Below are positions 43,251 through 56,419 of a stretch of DNA of 64,000 nucleotides, one piece after another. The notes beneath the pieces were generated by a model that saw only the letters and a list, made by a program, of their open reading frames with translations, did no database searches and was not told the origin of the DNA. Numbering within the stretch: position 1 is the first letter of the stretch; each line of letters opens with the position of its first letter. Source of the stretch: Schizochytrium sp. TIO01 (lineage: Eukaryota > Protista > Bigyra: Labyrinthulomycetes); assembly GCA_004764695.1 (NCBI GenBank), contig SMSO01000033.1, positions 1,674,001 to 1,738,000 on the forward strand, in the 5' to 3' direction. The position numbers and the translations under genes were made by a program.

Positions 43251-46077
43251 TTTTCTTTTTTCCATTTCTCCTTTTCTCCCTTTTTCTGGAGAAAGAAACT
43301 TGAAGAAAAGGGAAAGAAACGATAGTTTCATTCAAAGTTGGAGTTTGCAGTTCGGGGTTCGGAACCAAGCAACAGATTTTGTTCGCTTCGTACCGTACGT
43401 GGAAGGCAAGTTAAGGATTTCACAGAGCTCCAGCCCGAGGTGGTAGGGCCGACTCAACCAACGACCGGATGATTGCCAATATTCATTCATGTTCTCAGCC
43501 GCCATTACTGACCTTGAAAGAATGATGAGAAGAACAGAGCTTCACTGTGGTTGTGTTTTGTGACACCTTGAAAGTTTCAACCTATAGGGCCTTTCACCGG
43601 TTCCCAGAACGTGCGCCATGCTCCCAGAGCTTTTGGTGCTCTTCGAGCTGCAGTACTCCCTGGCTTCAAGTCGAAGAATTAGCTCGCGCTAAGCCGCCGT
43701 TGAATGTTGTTGTTTCGCAGGATCGCATGGAGTTTGCGCTGTCAGTGTGTACTAGCTGAGCTCTCAAGAATGACGGCAACGAGAAGGTCGGGTTCCTGAC
43801 CACAAAGTCTGCGTTGTTGTTTCTCCGACGGTTGGAGACAAAACTTGGAAAAGCTGAATGATGTAGCACAAGCCGCTGCTCTGCGCGGGTTGCTTTTCTT
43901 GCCATATCATAGGAAGCGAGCGCTTGGTTGTTTGCGTTGCGTTGCGGAAGAAATAGCGAACGCAAGGTGAGACTGACTCTGGCTCGCGCTCACGCTCGCG
44001 CTAGCGAATTCCTGGAAAGACGAACGAACATTGACAAGTGCATTGCTTGGCCGCGGTAGCAACTCAGGGCTGCAGAACCACCGACTCAATCGTCAGAAGA
44101 GAAAGGTAGCGCAGCAAGCTGACGATCTTCTGCTTGGAGACAAAGTCGCCAAAACATTCACCAGGACCTCGTTTCGATAATCTGCTCGTGGCGCTGGGAT
44201 ATATTGAAGCCAGCCATCACCTGAATGAATCGTTGCGCTTGGCTGCCAGCGAGCAACCTAATGTCTCGAAACTAACAGCAAGTGTTGGCCGGAGCAGAAT
44301 GTACAATGGCGGCATACGTACGTGGCTCTACGTACTGCAGGACTGCTCTGGTGTAAGTAAAATCGATGTACTTCGCAACTCATGAACTTGCCAGTTGGGC
44401 CTTGCCAGGATGCTGGCTAGCCGCTACGCTTCGTAAACCACGCGGACCCTGGAACTGGAGGCATTCGCAGTGAACCGCAGGCAGAGCTGGGCCGGTATTC
44501 AAAGGCTGGCGCTTCAGCGAAAAGGAAATCTGATATTGAGCTCAATTCATGATGAAATCTTACAAGAGAAGGGAATTCAGAACGCGATGGTAACACCAAC
44601 TAGATCTTTCCCTAGCAGTCCGGCATACGGCGGAATACTGTAAGCTTGTTCGCGGGTGCAGCGAACCTAGGAAGTCGAAAGCTCCCGTTGAGGGTCATTA
44701 TTGATACTCCTCTGACTCTTATTATTGTAGGATGGGCGGGGCTACCTAGTCAAGAGCGAAGTTCACGGCTCTACGGACGGACTGAGCAACGCGAGCGATG
44801 GAACGCGTACACGTTTAAGGGTGGACTTCTTGGCTTTATACAAGGTTTAATCTTCACTTTACAAGGTTTAATCGTCAAGAGCAATTGCATCAATCCTCAG
44901 CTCTGTGAACTTGTCAAGTTACATACATGCAAAGTAAGGCTTCGTGAGATTGCATATAGGTCGGGAACATCACAATTTAACAAGTCATCATGATGCATAG
45001 CGCCATAGATTATGATACATGATTGCATGAGGCGGTTCCCATGATGTGGCTTCAGACTACGCTCATAGAAATTGCTGATATAGACAACTAGCTAGGTAAT
45101 GTTTTATTGTATGGTTAGTTGTGGATAAGTGCATCCTACAAATAATCAACATAGTGTGCGACCTGTGTGACCAAGTCGATGGGTTTCGCACTCGAAATCA
45201 ACATTGCCAGCTTCAAAATCATCAATGGGTAAAAAAATAAATGCATAGGGACACTCATAATTAACGAAATATATGACACTAGGAATATTCTGTGCTGGGA
45301 GGACAAACCAGACAGAACCTACTCCTTTACACCTTTTAATCTGGCTTTCAACTCAACTCAAAGCACATTCCTCATACCAGCATTTGCTGCTCCATCTTGA
45401 TATGATACGAAGAGACAATACAAGATGAAATGCTGTCAAGAGTCTAGCTTTTAAGAATCTCTTTATTAGATTGTAACTCTGGTGCTATAAAAGATACAGA
45501 GGGATTGCTATCTCAATCAGATCATAGGACACTAGTACACCCTTTATTTCTCATGAACAAAAACGACAATCACTGCAAAACTCGGACCTTTAAAGTATCT
45601 GAAGTTTATTTGAATCCTGACGACTATTTTCATGTATAACCATCTAGATCACTCTGGTAGTGCAGCAACCCTGCTCAGCTAAATCCATGGGAAAACAGCA
45701 TACCTGCCGATGATTGCCATTCCTGGCTGATTGTTTGCCTTCTAATCAATAACTCAATTTAGAAAATGAGTGAACCTTTACTCCAAGTGTGTCTCAATTG
45801 TGAATGTAAGTTTTAAATGGCTAAAAGGTGAAACTCGGAGGCCTGTCTGGGTTATGCACTTGGCATTTTTTTTAATAAGAGAGAAAAACCAGCAGGAAGA
45901 AAATGTGATACAAATCAAGCTAGTACAGGCAATCAGACAAGAAATGGAAAAAATAATCTGGCATTTGCAAAAGTAAAAAGCACAATGAAAAACTTTAAAA
46001 TTTGGGGTAACGTAAAAGAGGGGGGTTGCGAGTGCTACAATAATTTCTGAGCATGTAACACAATTCTGGGAATGTAT

Positions 46078-47265
46078 TTACTGCGAGGCGGCGCCAATCT
46101 GATCAAGGTAAGGTTTGAGTTCATCGCCCTCAAGAATCGCGAAAGGCTGGTTCTTGCCGAGAACAGCGACACTCGCGTTGTCCATAGAGACATCCTTGTC
46201 GTTTGCTGGGCCCTCCAATGCCTTGAGAGAGTGAATGATGAGAGTCTCGAGGTCAGCTGTGGCAATAATCGATAACAGAGCAAATATAGTACGCAGAAAA
46301 GTTAGTCAAATGTGCAATTTTTTAATCAAGGCGATTTTCGCCTAAAGAGATCATCCCCAATTTTCTTTCCCGCTCTGTATATTCTATTAGAAGACAAGCA
46401 AGTAGATCAAAAGTAGATTTCAAAGCACAAGAAAATATAGACAAGAGATGAAAAGTAAACGTACCTGCTTCGATGCTGGCAAGGTGCTTCTCCATGTAAG
46501 TCTTGGCAGACTGTGCACGAGATCCAATGGCCATAGCCTTGTACTCGTAGAGGTTACCGCTGGGGCATGTTTGGTACAAATGAGGGCCATCACGGTCAAA
46601 ACCGGCCACAAGAAGTCCAACACCGTAGGGGCGCTTCCACGATGCTTGTGTGCGAGCCTGGTGCTTATCTGCGACATCAGAGACAAGGCGACCAGTGATG
46701 ATCGGGCTATCAAACTGAAAGCGATGGTTCAAGCATTCAGTACGCATGTATGTAGCGAGAGAGCGAGCATCAGCAGTCAATCCTGCAACACCAACACCAA
46801 TATGATCATCAATCTTAAAAAGCTTCTTCTGGTGAGACGCGAGCTCCTCCTTGGTCCTGTGAAGCAGAAAGAAGCAGATTCGCAATCCAACAGTTAGCAT
46901 GAAGACCACAAAGACCAAGCCCCAAGAATACGGAGTTTATTTACCATTCATTCGAGTTAGTCACCGTTTCGAGCACAACAAGTATTCGTGATAACCCAGC
47001 AAAGGTGCATCAACATATTCATTTCCTCAAGATCGTCTTGATAAACCTAAGCAATATGAATCTATCTATATTCATGTTCAATCCATATCCGTGAAAAGAT
47101 CTTTGACACTTACTTCTTGAGGGCCGCAAGGACCACAAAGTCCTCACTGCGCATTCCGAGGCAGCAAGTTCCCTGCTTCACAGACTCCATCGCGTACTCG
47201 ACCTGGTGGAGCTTGCCCTGGGGGCTCCAGGTTGAAACATCGGTGTCATACTGGTTGCGGTTCAT
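46078..47265 (-). CDS. PSMA1: 20S proteasome subunit alpha type-1 (alpha-6)
   Basis: Exons 47265-47114 ([32 protein letters not shown]), 46856-46465 ([17 protein letters not shown]...[13 protein letters not shown]...[12 protein letters not shown]) and 46256-46078. GTAAGT and GTACGT donors and CAG acceptors are in phase. Confidence 0.97.
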
Positions 47266-48044
47266 CGTCCCGACTCGCTCTTCACGACCTCAACCTAAGT
47301 TTTCTACAACAACTATGTAGTCCTTCACAAGCGCCAGCTATCCTAAGGAAGCAAACAAAGGTTTGCCCGCCGACTCGCAGACTGTCAAACAGCGTCTGTG
47401 ATCGAATGATCAAACCGCAAAGTAGCTTTGTTCGCCTAGACTCCTCGAAAGAAGGCGAATGAAGATCATTGCACACCTGGATCTTTAAGAACATTAAGAA
47501 CAAGGTCCCAGACCGAACCTAACCGAAGTTCCGAACAAACCTAACCGGCGAGTTAGGTGCACAACCCATTTTCTACAAAAGGTGCCGTTGAGCGAGCGCC
47601 GTTGAGAGTGGTAGAAGTAACTAGTTGTGCCATCTTCATGTGTATGTGTCGGTCCAATGCAAGTTTTTCATTGCAGAGAGACCGAAATGGGCAAGCGAGG
47701 GGATATTTGAGGCCCAACGTACGTAGACTTGCACAGAAGCCACAATAAAGGGTTGTCTTCACCCCCTTTGCCCAAAGTAGCGTTTGCAGAGATACACCTG
47801 TTTTATAAGTTTTGTAAGTCATATCGTCGAAAGAGGCGAGACTTTCCGGGATCTCTGCTAAACAGTGTCAGAGGTTGAGTCACTAACCTTGTTGAAAAGG
47901 TATGCAACTTAAATCGTTAAAGCTAGGAGACTCAGACCACACAGAGCGTTAAAAGGATCACGTCCGCCCAGCTGGGCGAGCAATTAATCGGGCCCAGCTG
48001 GAGTAGTTGGCATAAGTTCCACAGCCTGAAAAACAACTAGAAAA

Positions 48045-50949
48045 ATGGTGAGTTATTTATTAAATTTGAGATTTTCGCATGACTGTACTGTGATGTATCA
48101 TCCAGTGAAATACTTAGCAGCAGCAGCAGCGGCGACGACTTTAGTTTAAGGACTTCGTGAGTGCATCAGGTCCTTGACCATGTGCAAATAATATTCGACT
48201 AACCTTCTGTTGCAAACAAATTGCTCGATATTTTGAAACATGTGGATGTATGATTGGCGATGCTTGCTTTGACCTTAATGAATTTCAACAGGCAAAGAAG
48301 AAGGGTGGCGGCAAGAAGAAGAAGACGAAGGAGGAGCTTGAGGCGGAGCGCCTCCTTGCAGAAGAAGAAGAGCGTATTCGTCAGGAGGAAGAAGCACAGC
48401 GTCTTGCTGAAGAAGAAGCTCTTCGTCTAGAGCGCGAGGAACAGGAGCGCCTCGAACGCGAGCGCCTTCGTCGCGAGGAACTTGAAAGATTAGGCGAGGA
48501 GGCCTCCACGACGAAGCCCCTTGTTGATCGTCGCAGAAGGTATCGCGATTCGCACCTCCGAGGAGAATTTCAGACTGAAGATTGGAACTCATTTTTGACT
48601 TGTAGCCCCCTGCCGCAGAGAGATTCTGATGCCGACATTAATACATATCTAAAGGCAATTGTTACAGACGATGGTTCCGATATGGACTACATTCTTTCTC
48701 AGTGTGAAGTTTTGCATCAAGTATCAGGGCTTTTATCATCTTCTCGTGGTAAAGATGTGGCATCTGGAGCCTATGGTCAAATTACAGCTCGTCGTACCAA
48801 CGCTCTTAATCTGCTAACATCAGAGATTGCAAGAATTGATCGAAGTACTGCCAACCTCCTGGTCCGGGCTGAGGAATTCATTTCTCCAAAATTAGAGGTG
48901 CTTCTTGGCAACACTTCAAAAAACTTTGGTGTTGGAATTTGGATCAATATGGCGTCGAAGGGATTTCGTATGCGCATCATTGATTTCCCCTCACTTTCCA
49001 TCATAGCAGAGATTCCCAAAACTTTGGCTCTGCAGAGTGTTGCTGTCCGTGTGGTTCACATACTGGACGATGCACTATCTCAGCCTGCTCACGAAGAAGA
49101 CATGGAATACGACACTGCCAAAGGAGGTATGTTATTTTTTGAGACACTCAAATTACCACCTCAGAGCAAACCAACCAAAGGCTGGGCCATGCGACCGATA
49201 AACCCTGCGTTGGAGAATCGTGTAATGCGAGTTTCGTTCAACAGCAATGATTCATCTGTACCTGGTGCTTCTCCAACCTCACCTGATCCCTCTGGAAATG
49301 GCCCAATCGCAGTAGCTCTCAAGATGAAAATTCCTAAAACTTGCCTTGTTCGGAGTATCCATGGCGAGCATCAGCCTTTGGTTTTAAACACCAACGAGAA
49401 CAGTGAAGGGGAAAGTGGGGATGATGAGAATCGCATGCCCGATGCCTTGGCAGTGGCTCAGCAACAGGCGCAGAACTCCTTAATGGAAGGCACTAGCGTT
49501 CGTGTTGGTGCATGGGACCCCAATCTGTGCATGTGGGTGGAAGATGGTGTCTCAGATGTGAGCTTTGACCCGAGCACACGTGTCCTCAGCTTTACTACCA
49601 TTAAAAATACAGCTCATGCTCTCTTGCAGCGCCGAGATATTGACCATCCATTTCGGTCTTGGACTCTAACGCCACAGTTTGCTAATGGGCGCGCATCTAT
49701 GACGAAGACGTCCAACGCAGGCGAACATAGTGTAAACACGGAAAGCAAACTTGACGAAGACTCTGTGGACCCGTTTGAGATGGTCACAGAGGATATCGAT
49801 CCTTCCGCGAACCAGTCTCCCACAGTACATAGCGCTATTATCTCGCTCCGTACTTCCTCGTGGGTAATCAAGATAGAAATCTTTGGACGTGGGAAGTGCA
49901 AGCTTCTGGAACCACAGGAGCCTGAGCTTGCTCATATTGTTAACAATGAAATGCGACCTGAGGAGCTATTTGCTTTGTTGGCGGAGTCCGGAATTGATTT
50001 GCGATCCCCAGTGGAGTCATCTGCGATAGCACCGGGAACTCAGCTACTAAATGGACGTGTTGCACTAAAAAACGAAAAGCTCGAACGCCATGTTTACGGG
50101 GAGCTTAGTGCAGCGGTGTCAAGTGCGTTTTTAATCTCTACGAGCCGTTGGAACCAACAGGTGGGTCCTCAAAATTGCTGCTTTAATATTCAAGAGGCAT
50201 ACGAATCTGCTGATTCTGGACTCGATTTGGATGCAGTAATTCGTCAAGAGCTCGGTGAAGGCTCGAGCTCAGACCAATCAAATATCGAAAGCATGAGCGT
50301 TGTAGGAGGGGCTGCTGGAGTTCAAGAGGAGAATGGAACAGGAGAGCATGCTCCTGGAGATGGGACAGTAAACCTAAGTGAAGCAGGAGCTCATTCTGAG
50401 GAAGCAAAAGCAGCAGAGGACGGTGCTAATGCCGAGGCAGCTGCTAAGTTAGCAGAGGAAAAAGCTGCTGAGGCTGTCGAGGCTGCTCCTGTTGCGGCAA
50501 ATTCTGGAAAGAAAGCCGCAGCCAAGAAGGGGGGCAAAAAGGACAAAAAGAAAGACAAAGAAGAGCAAGCAAGACTCGAGGCCGAGGCAGCTGCTGCTGC
50601 TGAAGCAGCAGCTGCTCTCGAAGCCGAGGCAGCAGCGGCCGCCTTGATTGAGCCTGATCCACTTCCTTCTGAACCTCGGTTGATATTCTTTCAAATCGAC
50701 GAGGAGGTTCCTGACACAGGTCTTAAGTGCAATTTTCTTCGAATGAAAGAGTCTGACGAGACTTTAGACACCACGACTGTTTCCAAAGACCAAGTGACTC
50801 ATGCATATCTTGAAAATGCCCTGATGGCTTCCGAAATATACTGCCAGGATCGTATTCATAAAATGCAAGATGATCCCAGCACAACAGGACTTCGTGAGAC
50901 CATCAAGCAGGTTCTATGTACACTTCGTCCTCTTACTTTTACACTCTAA
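48045..50949 (+). CDS. DNAI7: Axonemal dynein I1/f subunit DNAI7 (CASC1/IC97/LAS1)-like
   Basis: ATG-only first coding exon (48045-48047), then intron GTGAGT...aacAG, then exon 2 from 48292. MAKKKGGGKKKKTKEELEAER..., a charged helix, and WNSFLTCSPLP...DINTYL match the CASC1 N-terminal domain. Later blocks VGIWIN, IPKTLALQSVAVR and PFRSWTL also fit. Confidence 0.8.
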
Positions 50950-51537
50950 AATGGCCTTTATAGATATATTTTACAAATTTTCAATCGCTTTACATTTAGG
51001 TCATTATCTTCTTCACACTCTGCAACATGTTGCAGTTACAGTATTTTTGTTGTAGCTTTACCACCTTGACCTATGCAAATATCAGTTTAGGAATCCTGGG
51101 TCTTTAATTTCACCAAACAGGTACCCCAATCTAAACTACCAACTAAACCGCTTTTTCAGAAATTAATATGTAGATTTGCTCGATCTTAACCTCCTTCACT
51201 GAGCAATTCGAGTCCGTATGAACCCACGAAAAGAACTCAAGCAGCCAGCTAATGCACCCAAATTATATATAACTAGCACAAAGCTCTATTTATGAGTCTC
51301 TGCGAAGAAAGTGAAGCAATTCAAAACAAACTACCTACGTTATATTTTGTTTGGAAAATAAGAAAAATAAGAGGGCTCATATTGATTGTTGGAGAGGAAG
51401 GTTTTTCTTTCCTTTACTATGACGGTAAAAACAGAAACCATTGAGAAATTGATTGACGGCAGGAGAAGTGCCCAGGTTTGAGCCACCTTGCGACGCTGCA
51501 GCTCTGGCGCGAGTGGTGCTGAGTGCGCCTCATCGCA

Positions 51538-53175
51538 ATGGATCGTCTTCGCGAACAGCTACGGTCGCTAGATGGCACGCAAGAGGACATTGAACAGATT
51601 TCGCGAGCCGCCTCGGGACTGGCAGCCAGCGATGTTCCAGACTTCGTTGAGGTACGTGAAAGAAACGGAGCAAGAGATGTCACTACATTCATGATTTCAA
51701 CAATGCACTCCTGAAGGAGAACGCTCGAACGCAGAATTGTTCGAGGCGGTTGGCAACGAATAATGAGAGAAAATAAAAAATAAAAAAGAAGTGAAAAACC
51801 AGGATGAAGATAAAGAAGTATCTTTAGGGCCAGGCTGAAGCCAGAATAGCATGTCAAAACTAACTTGAGGTATTCATGTATTTGTGCATGCATGTATGTT
51901 ATGAATGATGAACAATAAATATTTGATTGCTCCCTTTGCTTCATTTAATTGCTGGTGAATACATCTGGTGGTGGCCACCTGTCGCAGCTTTGGTTAGAGA
52001 ACGTCAGCGAGAACCGGACAGATGCATTGGTCTACATGTATGTAGCCAACGATATTGTGCAAAAGTGCCGCGGGACGCCTCTGTGGTCAGCATTCAAGCG
52101 AAAATTGCCACAAGCGATCGACTTGATGAAAAATGACGCCCTTAATCGTCCAAAATTTATTCGGATTCTTAACATTTGGACTAGGCGCAAGGTTTTTGAC
52201 ACCCCTTTCATTATGACCTTGAAGAAACGACTTAGTCAGGCAAGCCTTAATACGGAGTTTGGCGAGTTGCCCGAGTTTCAGGAAATCAGAGACAACGAGT
52301 CTGATGGAGCAGGCAGTGGTGACGATGATCACGATGAGGATTACTTCGATGATGACAAGGAGGTCCGCAATAACCATCCTTTAAAGCGTGAGAGTTCTAT
52401 GACAACTATTCAGAGAGTCCCTACGTCTCGTCTCTTGACTCTCTTTAAACAGGCAAAAACTGAAGCTGAGAAAAAGTCTAGCAATGTTCTAGATCTCGCC
52501 GAAAAAAGCATGTCACAACTTCGAAAACTAGCGAAAGATAGCGATGCCAAAGATCAAACAGAGTCTGAACGTTTAAAAAAAGCTTTGGAAGGCCTTCCTG
52601 ACTCCGATTTCCACGATCTTGAAGACATGACTATGACAGCTCTGCAAACGCTTGTGTCCAATCGCGAGGCTGTTCGCCGCGCTGGCCTTCTAGCAAGTGC
52701 TCTTGTGATGAGCATCGAAGTCCAAATGGAATCCGTCGGCAAGGCAATAAATGATGCTGATGTCCAACTCGAAACAATTCAGTCGATCGAGAAGCGTGTG
52801 AGTGATCTTGAGAAAAGTCACACCGGGGAGCTCCCTAAAGTTGAGGCTGTATTAACAACTTATAGGAGAAGACTCAAAGCATCTGCACAACAAAAGAAGC
52901 GAGCTCGCATGATGTCTGATGAAGCCGAATCCTCGGATGAGTCTGGCTCAGACTATGAGGATGAGGATGAGGACGAGGATGATAAGAACGGCAAGCCCGG
53001 CGAGACCTCAGAAGAAGCCAAAATTAGTGTTCTTGGTATCCGCAAGCGGAAACGGAAGAAGAAGAAGAAGGTTGAGGAGGAGTCTGAGGAGAGCGTACCG
53101 ATGATCTGGAACAAACAATTGAACATGTATGTGCCAATGCCTAACAACCTAGAAGAGGAGGACTGGCGAAACTAA
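51538..53175 (+). CDS. RNA Pol II CTD-interacting domain (CID) protein, RPRD1/Rtt103-like
   Basis: Exons 51538-51651 (MDRLREQLRSLDGTQEDIEQIS) and 51988-53175, joined by a phase-0 intron GTACGT...cgcAG. CID motifs LVYMYVANDIVQ and RILNIWTRRKVF, then a coiled coil, an acidic tract and an NLS-like RKRKRKKKKK. Confidence 0.88.
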
Positions 53176-53432
53176 GAGTTTATTTCTCGTAGCTCGCCGT
53201 CTGTGCTGTGATTACTGTTCCTGTTTGAACAAAAACGAGGCAACCTGGAGGCTTTTATAGAAAACAGCACCAGCAATAATTCTGTGGCACTGGTTTATGT
53301 TCTTTGGTTGAATTTTCGTGCAAGTACTTGATCTTGCGAGCCAGACAAGGGCTCTGCTATTTGGGAATGTGAATAAAAGGCATGGAAACTTCATTCTATT
53401 TTTTTCATGTTAATGGTCATTTGCACATGGTC

Positions 53433-54878
53433 TCAATGCCAAGGAGATGGTAATGAGGCCATAAAGTCACATCCACTTTCCTTAAGAAAATGTAAGCGAT
53501 CTGATTCTTTTCGCATGGCTAATTCAATTTGCTGACGCTGCCGGTTGCAGGACGACCTGATTTCTTCTTTCTGTGAGGTAGAGGCGAGGACAGATTGAAC
53601 AAGGTTAGCACGTGGAAGGCCAACTTTGAAGGAGTGAAGCTGCTGGGAAGACTTACGATTCTGTTGGTGTTGCTGCTGCTGCTGCTGCGCTCGTCCATAA
53701 ATGTGGTTATGAAAAAACCTTTGTAAAATACGAGCGGCTCCAGATCGCTGTAACGCTCGACGTTGAATCCACGCCTGCTCAATATACTTTTTCCGTTGAA
53801 GACGCGCGCGCAACATAGCCTGGATCATTATCGCTGCATTTGCTTGCTCCTCAAGAGCCACGTGTAGCCACTCACTCTCGCGAACGTAGCCAAAATCTCG
53901 TGATCCGAGTAATAATCTTTTCTTTTTTCCCGTGTCCTTTTTCCCATGCGATTTGTACTGTTCAGCCCATCGATCATCCTCATCGCGAACAATTTTTATA
54001 TTCTCCCGTCTTGGTGTATTCCTGTACCGTGTAATAATAACATCATCTTGAGATTTAGCTTCTGAGCCTCCATCCCAATCAGTAAGCCAGTGGGTGGACG
54101 CCACATCTGCATTCATTTCTGACCATTCACTCCAAAAGCCATTATCATTGCAGCTCCTTATAGCAAAGCGGTAGCTTGAAGCCGAAGAAACTGACCCAGC
54201 TGGGGTTTCAAAAAGGTATGCTAAAGGTCCTTCTCGATCTTCACTGAGCGGGAAGCACCTTACATCTTGTGGAACCTTGAGCATCCACTGCGAGCCATGG
54301 AGCTCTTCGACGACTTGAAAGATGTGAATTTTTGGTTTTGATTGGCTTGAAATCCATTGTAGAACTGCTCTACCTTGCTTACATGACACGACACAAAGAT
54401 CACGCGGTGCTGCTGGACGACAGAGAATGCTTCTCATTGCTTGAGACTGAACTCTCTCAAATGCGGAGTATCCACATGCGTCCTCCTTACTTGTTGAGGC
54501 ACCAAGCGCACTCAATAACTTCACCACGCGAATGGCATTTTTCCAAACCGCAAGATGAAGACAAGTTGCACCCTGTCGTATATGGCCATTTTGGTCTTCT
54601 GCGTGAACACCATATGCCACAAACTTTTTGCGTCCTCTATGATCCTTGATACTGAGTACACCAAATATCTTTTCATCTATTGACCACTCATCAAGCATTC
54701 TGTGCGCTCGAAGTATTTTATGCACAGTCTTGACACGATCAGCACAAATAGCTCGGAAGAGATCTTCAACCCAAGTCGGCACCGGGCCTAAATAGCCTGC
54801 AGGCAACCCCGCCATAGATGAACGCCTCCGTGGTTTGTTCATCTGATCATAGGTCTTTTCTTCATCAAGGGATACCAT
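53433..54878 (-). CDS. Ankyrin-repeat + fibronectin type III + IQ-motif protein
   Basis: Ankyrin GATCLHLAVWKNAIRVVKLLSALGA...DACG; FN3 PAAPRDL...LQW...YRFAIRSCNDNGFWSEWS; IQ motifs AAIMIQAMLRARLQRK and AARILQRFFH; polyQ tract. Confidence 0.85.
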   Translation of the reverse strand: MVSLDEEKTYDQMNKPRRRSSMAGLPAGYLGPVPTWVEDLFRAICADRVKTVHKILRAHRMLDEWSIDEKIFGVLSIKDHRGRKKFVAYGVHAEDQNGHIRQGATCLHLAVWKNAIRVVKLLSALGASTSKEDACGYSAFERVQSQAMRSILCRPAAPRDLCVVSCKQGRAVLQWISSQSKPKIHIFQVVEELHGSQWMLKVPQDVRCFPLSEDREGPLAYLFETPAGSVSSASSYRFAIRSCNDNGFWSEWSEMNADVASTHWLTDWDGGSEAKSQDDVIITRYRNTPRRENIKIVRDEDDRWAEQYKSHGKKDTGKKKRLLLGSRDFGYVRESEWLHVALEEQANAAIMIQAMLRARLQRKKYIEQAWIQRRALQRSGAARILQRFFHNHIYGRAQQQQQQHQQNRKSSQQLHSFKVGLPRANLVQSVLASTSQKEEIRSSCNRQRQQIELAMRKESDRLHFLKESGCDFMASLPSPWH

Positions 54879-56419
54879 CTTCGAGCAAACTCCAATGGGA
54901 TACCGAGCAATGCCAGCATAATCGGCCTATGATGGCAATCGCATTTTTGTCAGATCCCCTTGGCAGAAAGAAAGTCCTAGACCAAAGTAGGTGGATCTCG
55001 CACCTCGCACTGGGCGGAAGACGCAGTTCTGAGCAAAAAGCGCACACACGTCAATAAGCCGTTACAGTTCTTTGGGTGTGTACTTTCTCTCATTTTCTCT
55101 CTCTTTCGAGAACTACCCCCAAAGGAAATTTTGATTAAGTTGTAAAAAAGAGCATTTGACCTCCTAGGCACTTCTAAATAACTATTTGTCCCTAGAATTT
55201 CATCTGACCATCTGGGGCGATGGATGATCTGTCTTCTGTTCAGAAGATACCAATCTGATACAATTGCTACACGGCGTACTAATAATACAGGTAATGAAGA
55301 TGGTGTTCATATTCATATTACGTTTGAGACACCCGAACTCATCTGCTGCAAAAAAGTAACCGTACATGTAGCGAGCTACCTCGTCAGCTTGATAAGTTAC
55401 ATCAGAGAGGGCAGAACAGATAGATAGGCTAAAAGGAGGTAGACTATACAAATACTTAACAATCAAAAGCGTCGTACACCGAGGAATAAAGAATCTGAGC
55501 GTTTTGTTTTTTCAAAAAGCACTCATAAGCTGGAGACACTAGTGATTTGCGATCATAAATATAGTAGTTCTTACTGAGCGTTATGTAAGGAATTTTTATG
55601 TGCTGCTACTTTGCTGATTGTTATAGTGGTGGATGCAGCATGGGTTACCGTTGAACTTAAAAACAATTTTATTTTTTTCAAAGTTAGAATTTTAGATTGT
55701 TGAAAATAAATAAACATTACTTGAATACTGCACTTTCTACCGAGTAATGCAAGGCACTAAAGTAGGCGGTCCCGGTCTCTCCGAGGTCCCGCGTGCATGC
55801 GCTGCTTTGCACTTGGAAAGGGAACATATTTATGAAAGACCGTTTGATTTGAATTAGAAACGATAACAGCATGGTGTTAATCTTTTATGTAGCACATGCT
55901 TTAAATAAATATATATATATTTACTAATGACGTTGTTGAACAGCGTAAAAATTTTATTGCGTGTTAAGGTCGAGGGACATTTTCTGTCAACTTGGCACTT
56001 TATGCATCAATGAGCTCAAGAGCATCTATTAGATATGGAAGATTATAAAGAAGATTGAGCACAGGGTGCGGAATTGCATTGCAACCTTAATTCTGTTTAG
56101 AATATACATAAGACGTTAAGAGCGCTGTGCAAAGCTCCATTCCTGGAGCTTGGTGACCTTTGCCCAAGCTGTGAAGCGCCCTGAGAGTGATTGGGCAGTT
56201 GGGCAGACTGCAGAAGAGTGAGGCTCAGTGGGACAAACTTAAGGAGAAAAGTTCTGAGTCAGTGCAGTTTAAAGTTTGGGTAGGCTTTTAGCGGCGAAAT
56301 CAAGGAATAAAATAGCTCGGTTCTGCGCAAACGCGTATCTGCTACAGCCAGACCATCTACATACCCTGTGGCAACATCTTCGAAACTCTTCAAAAATTAC
56401 AAAAGGCTCAACTTTTAGC

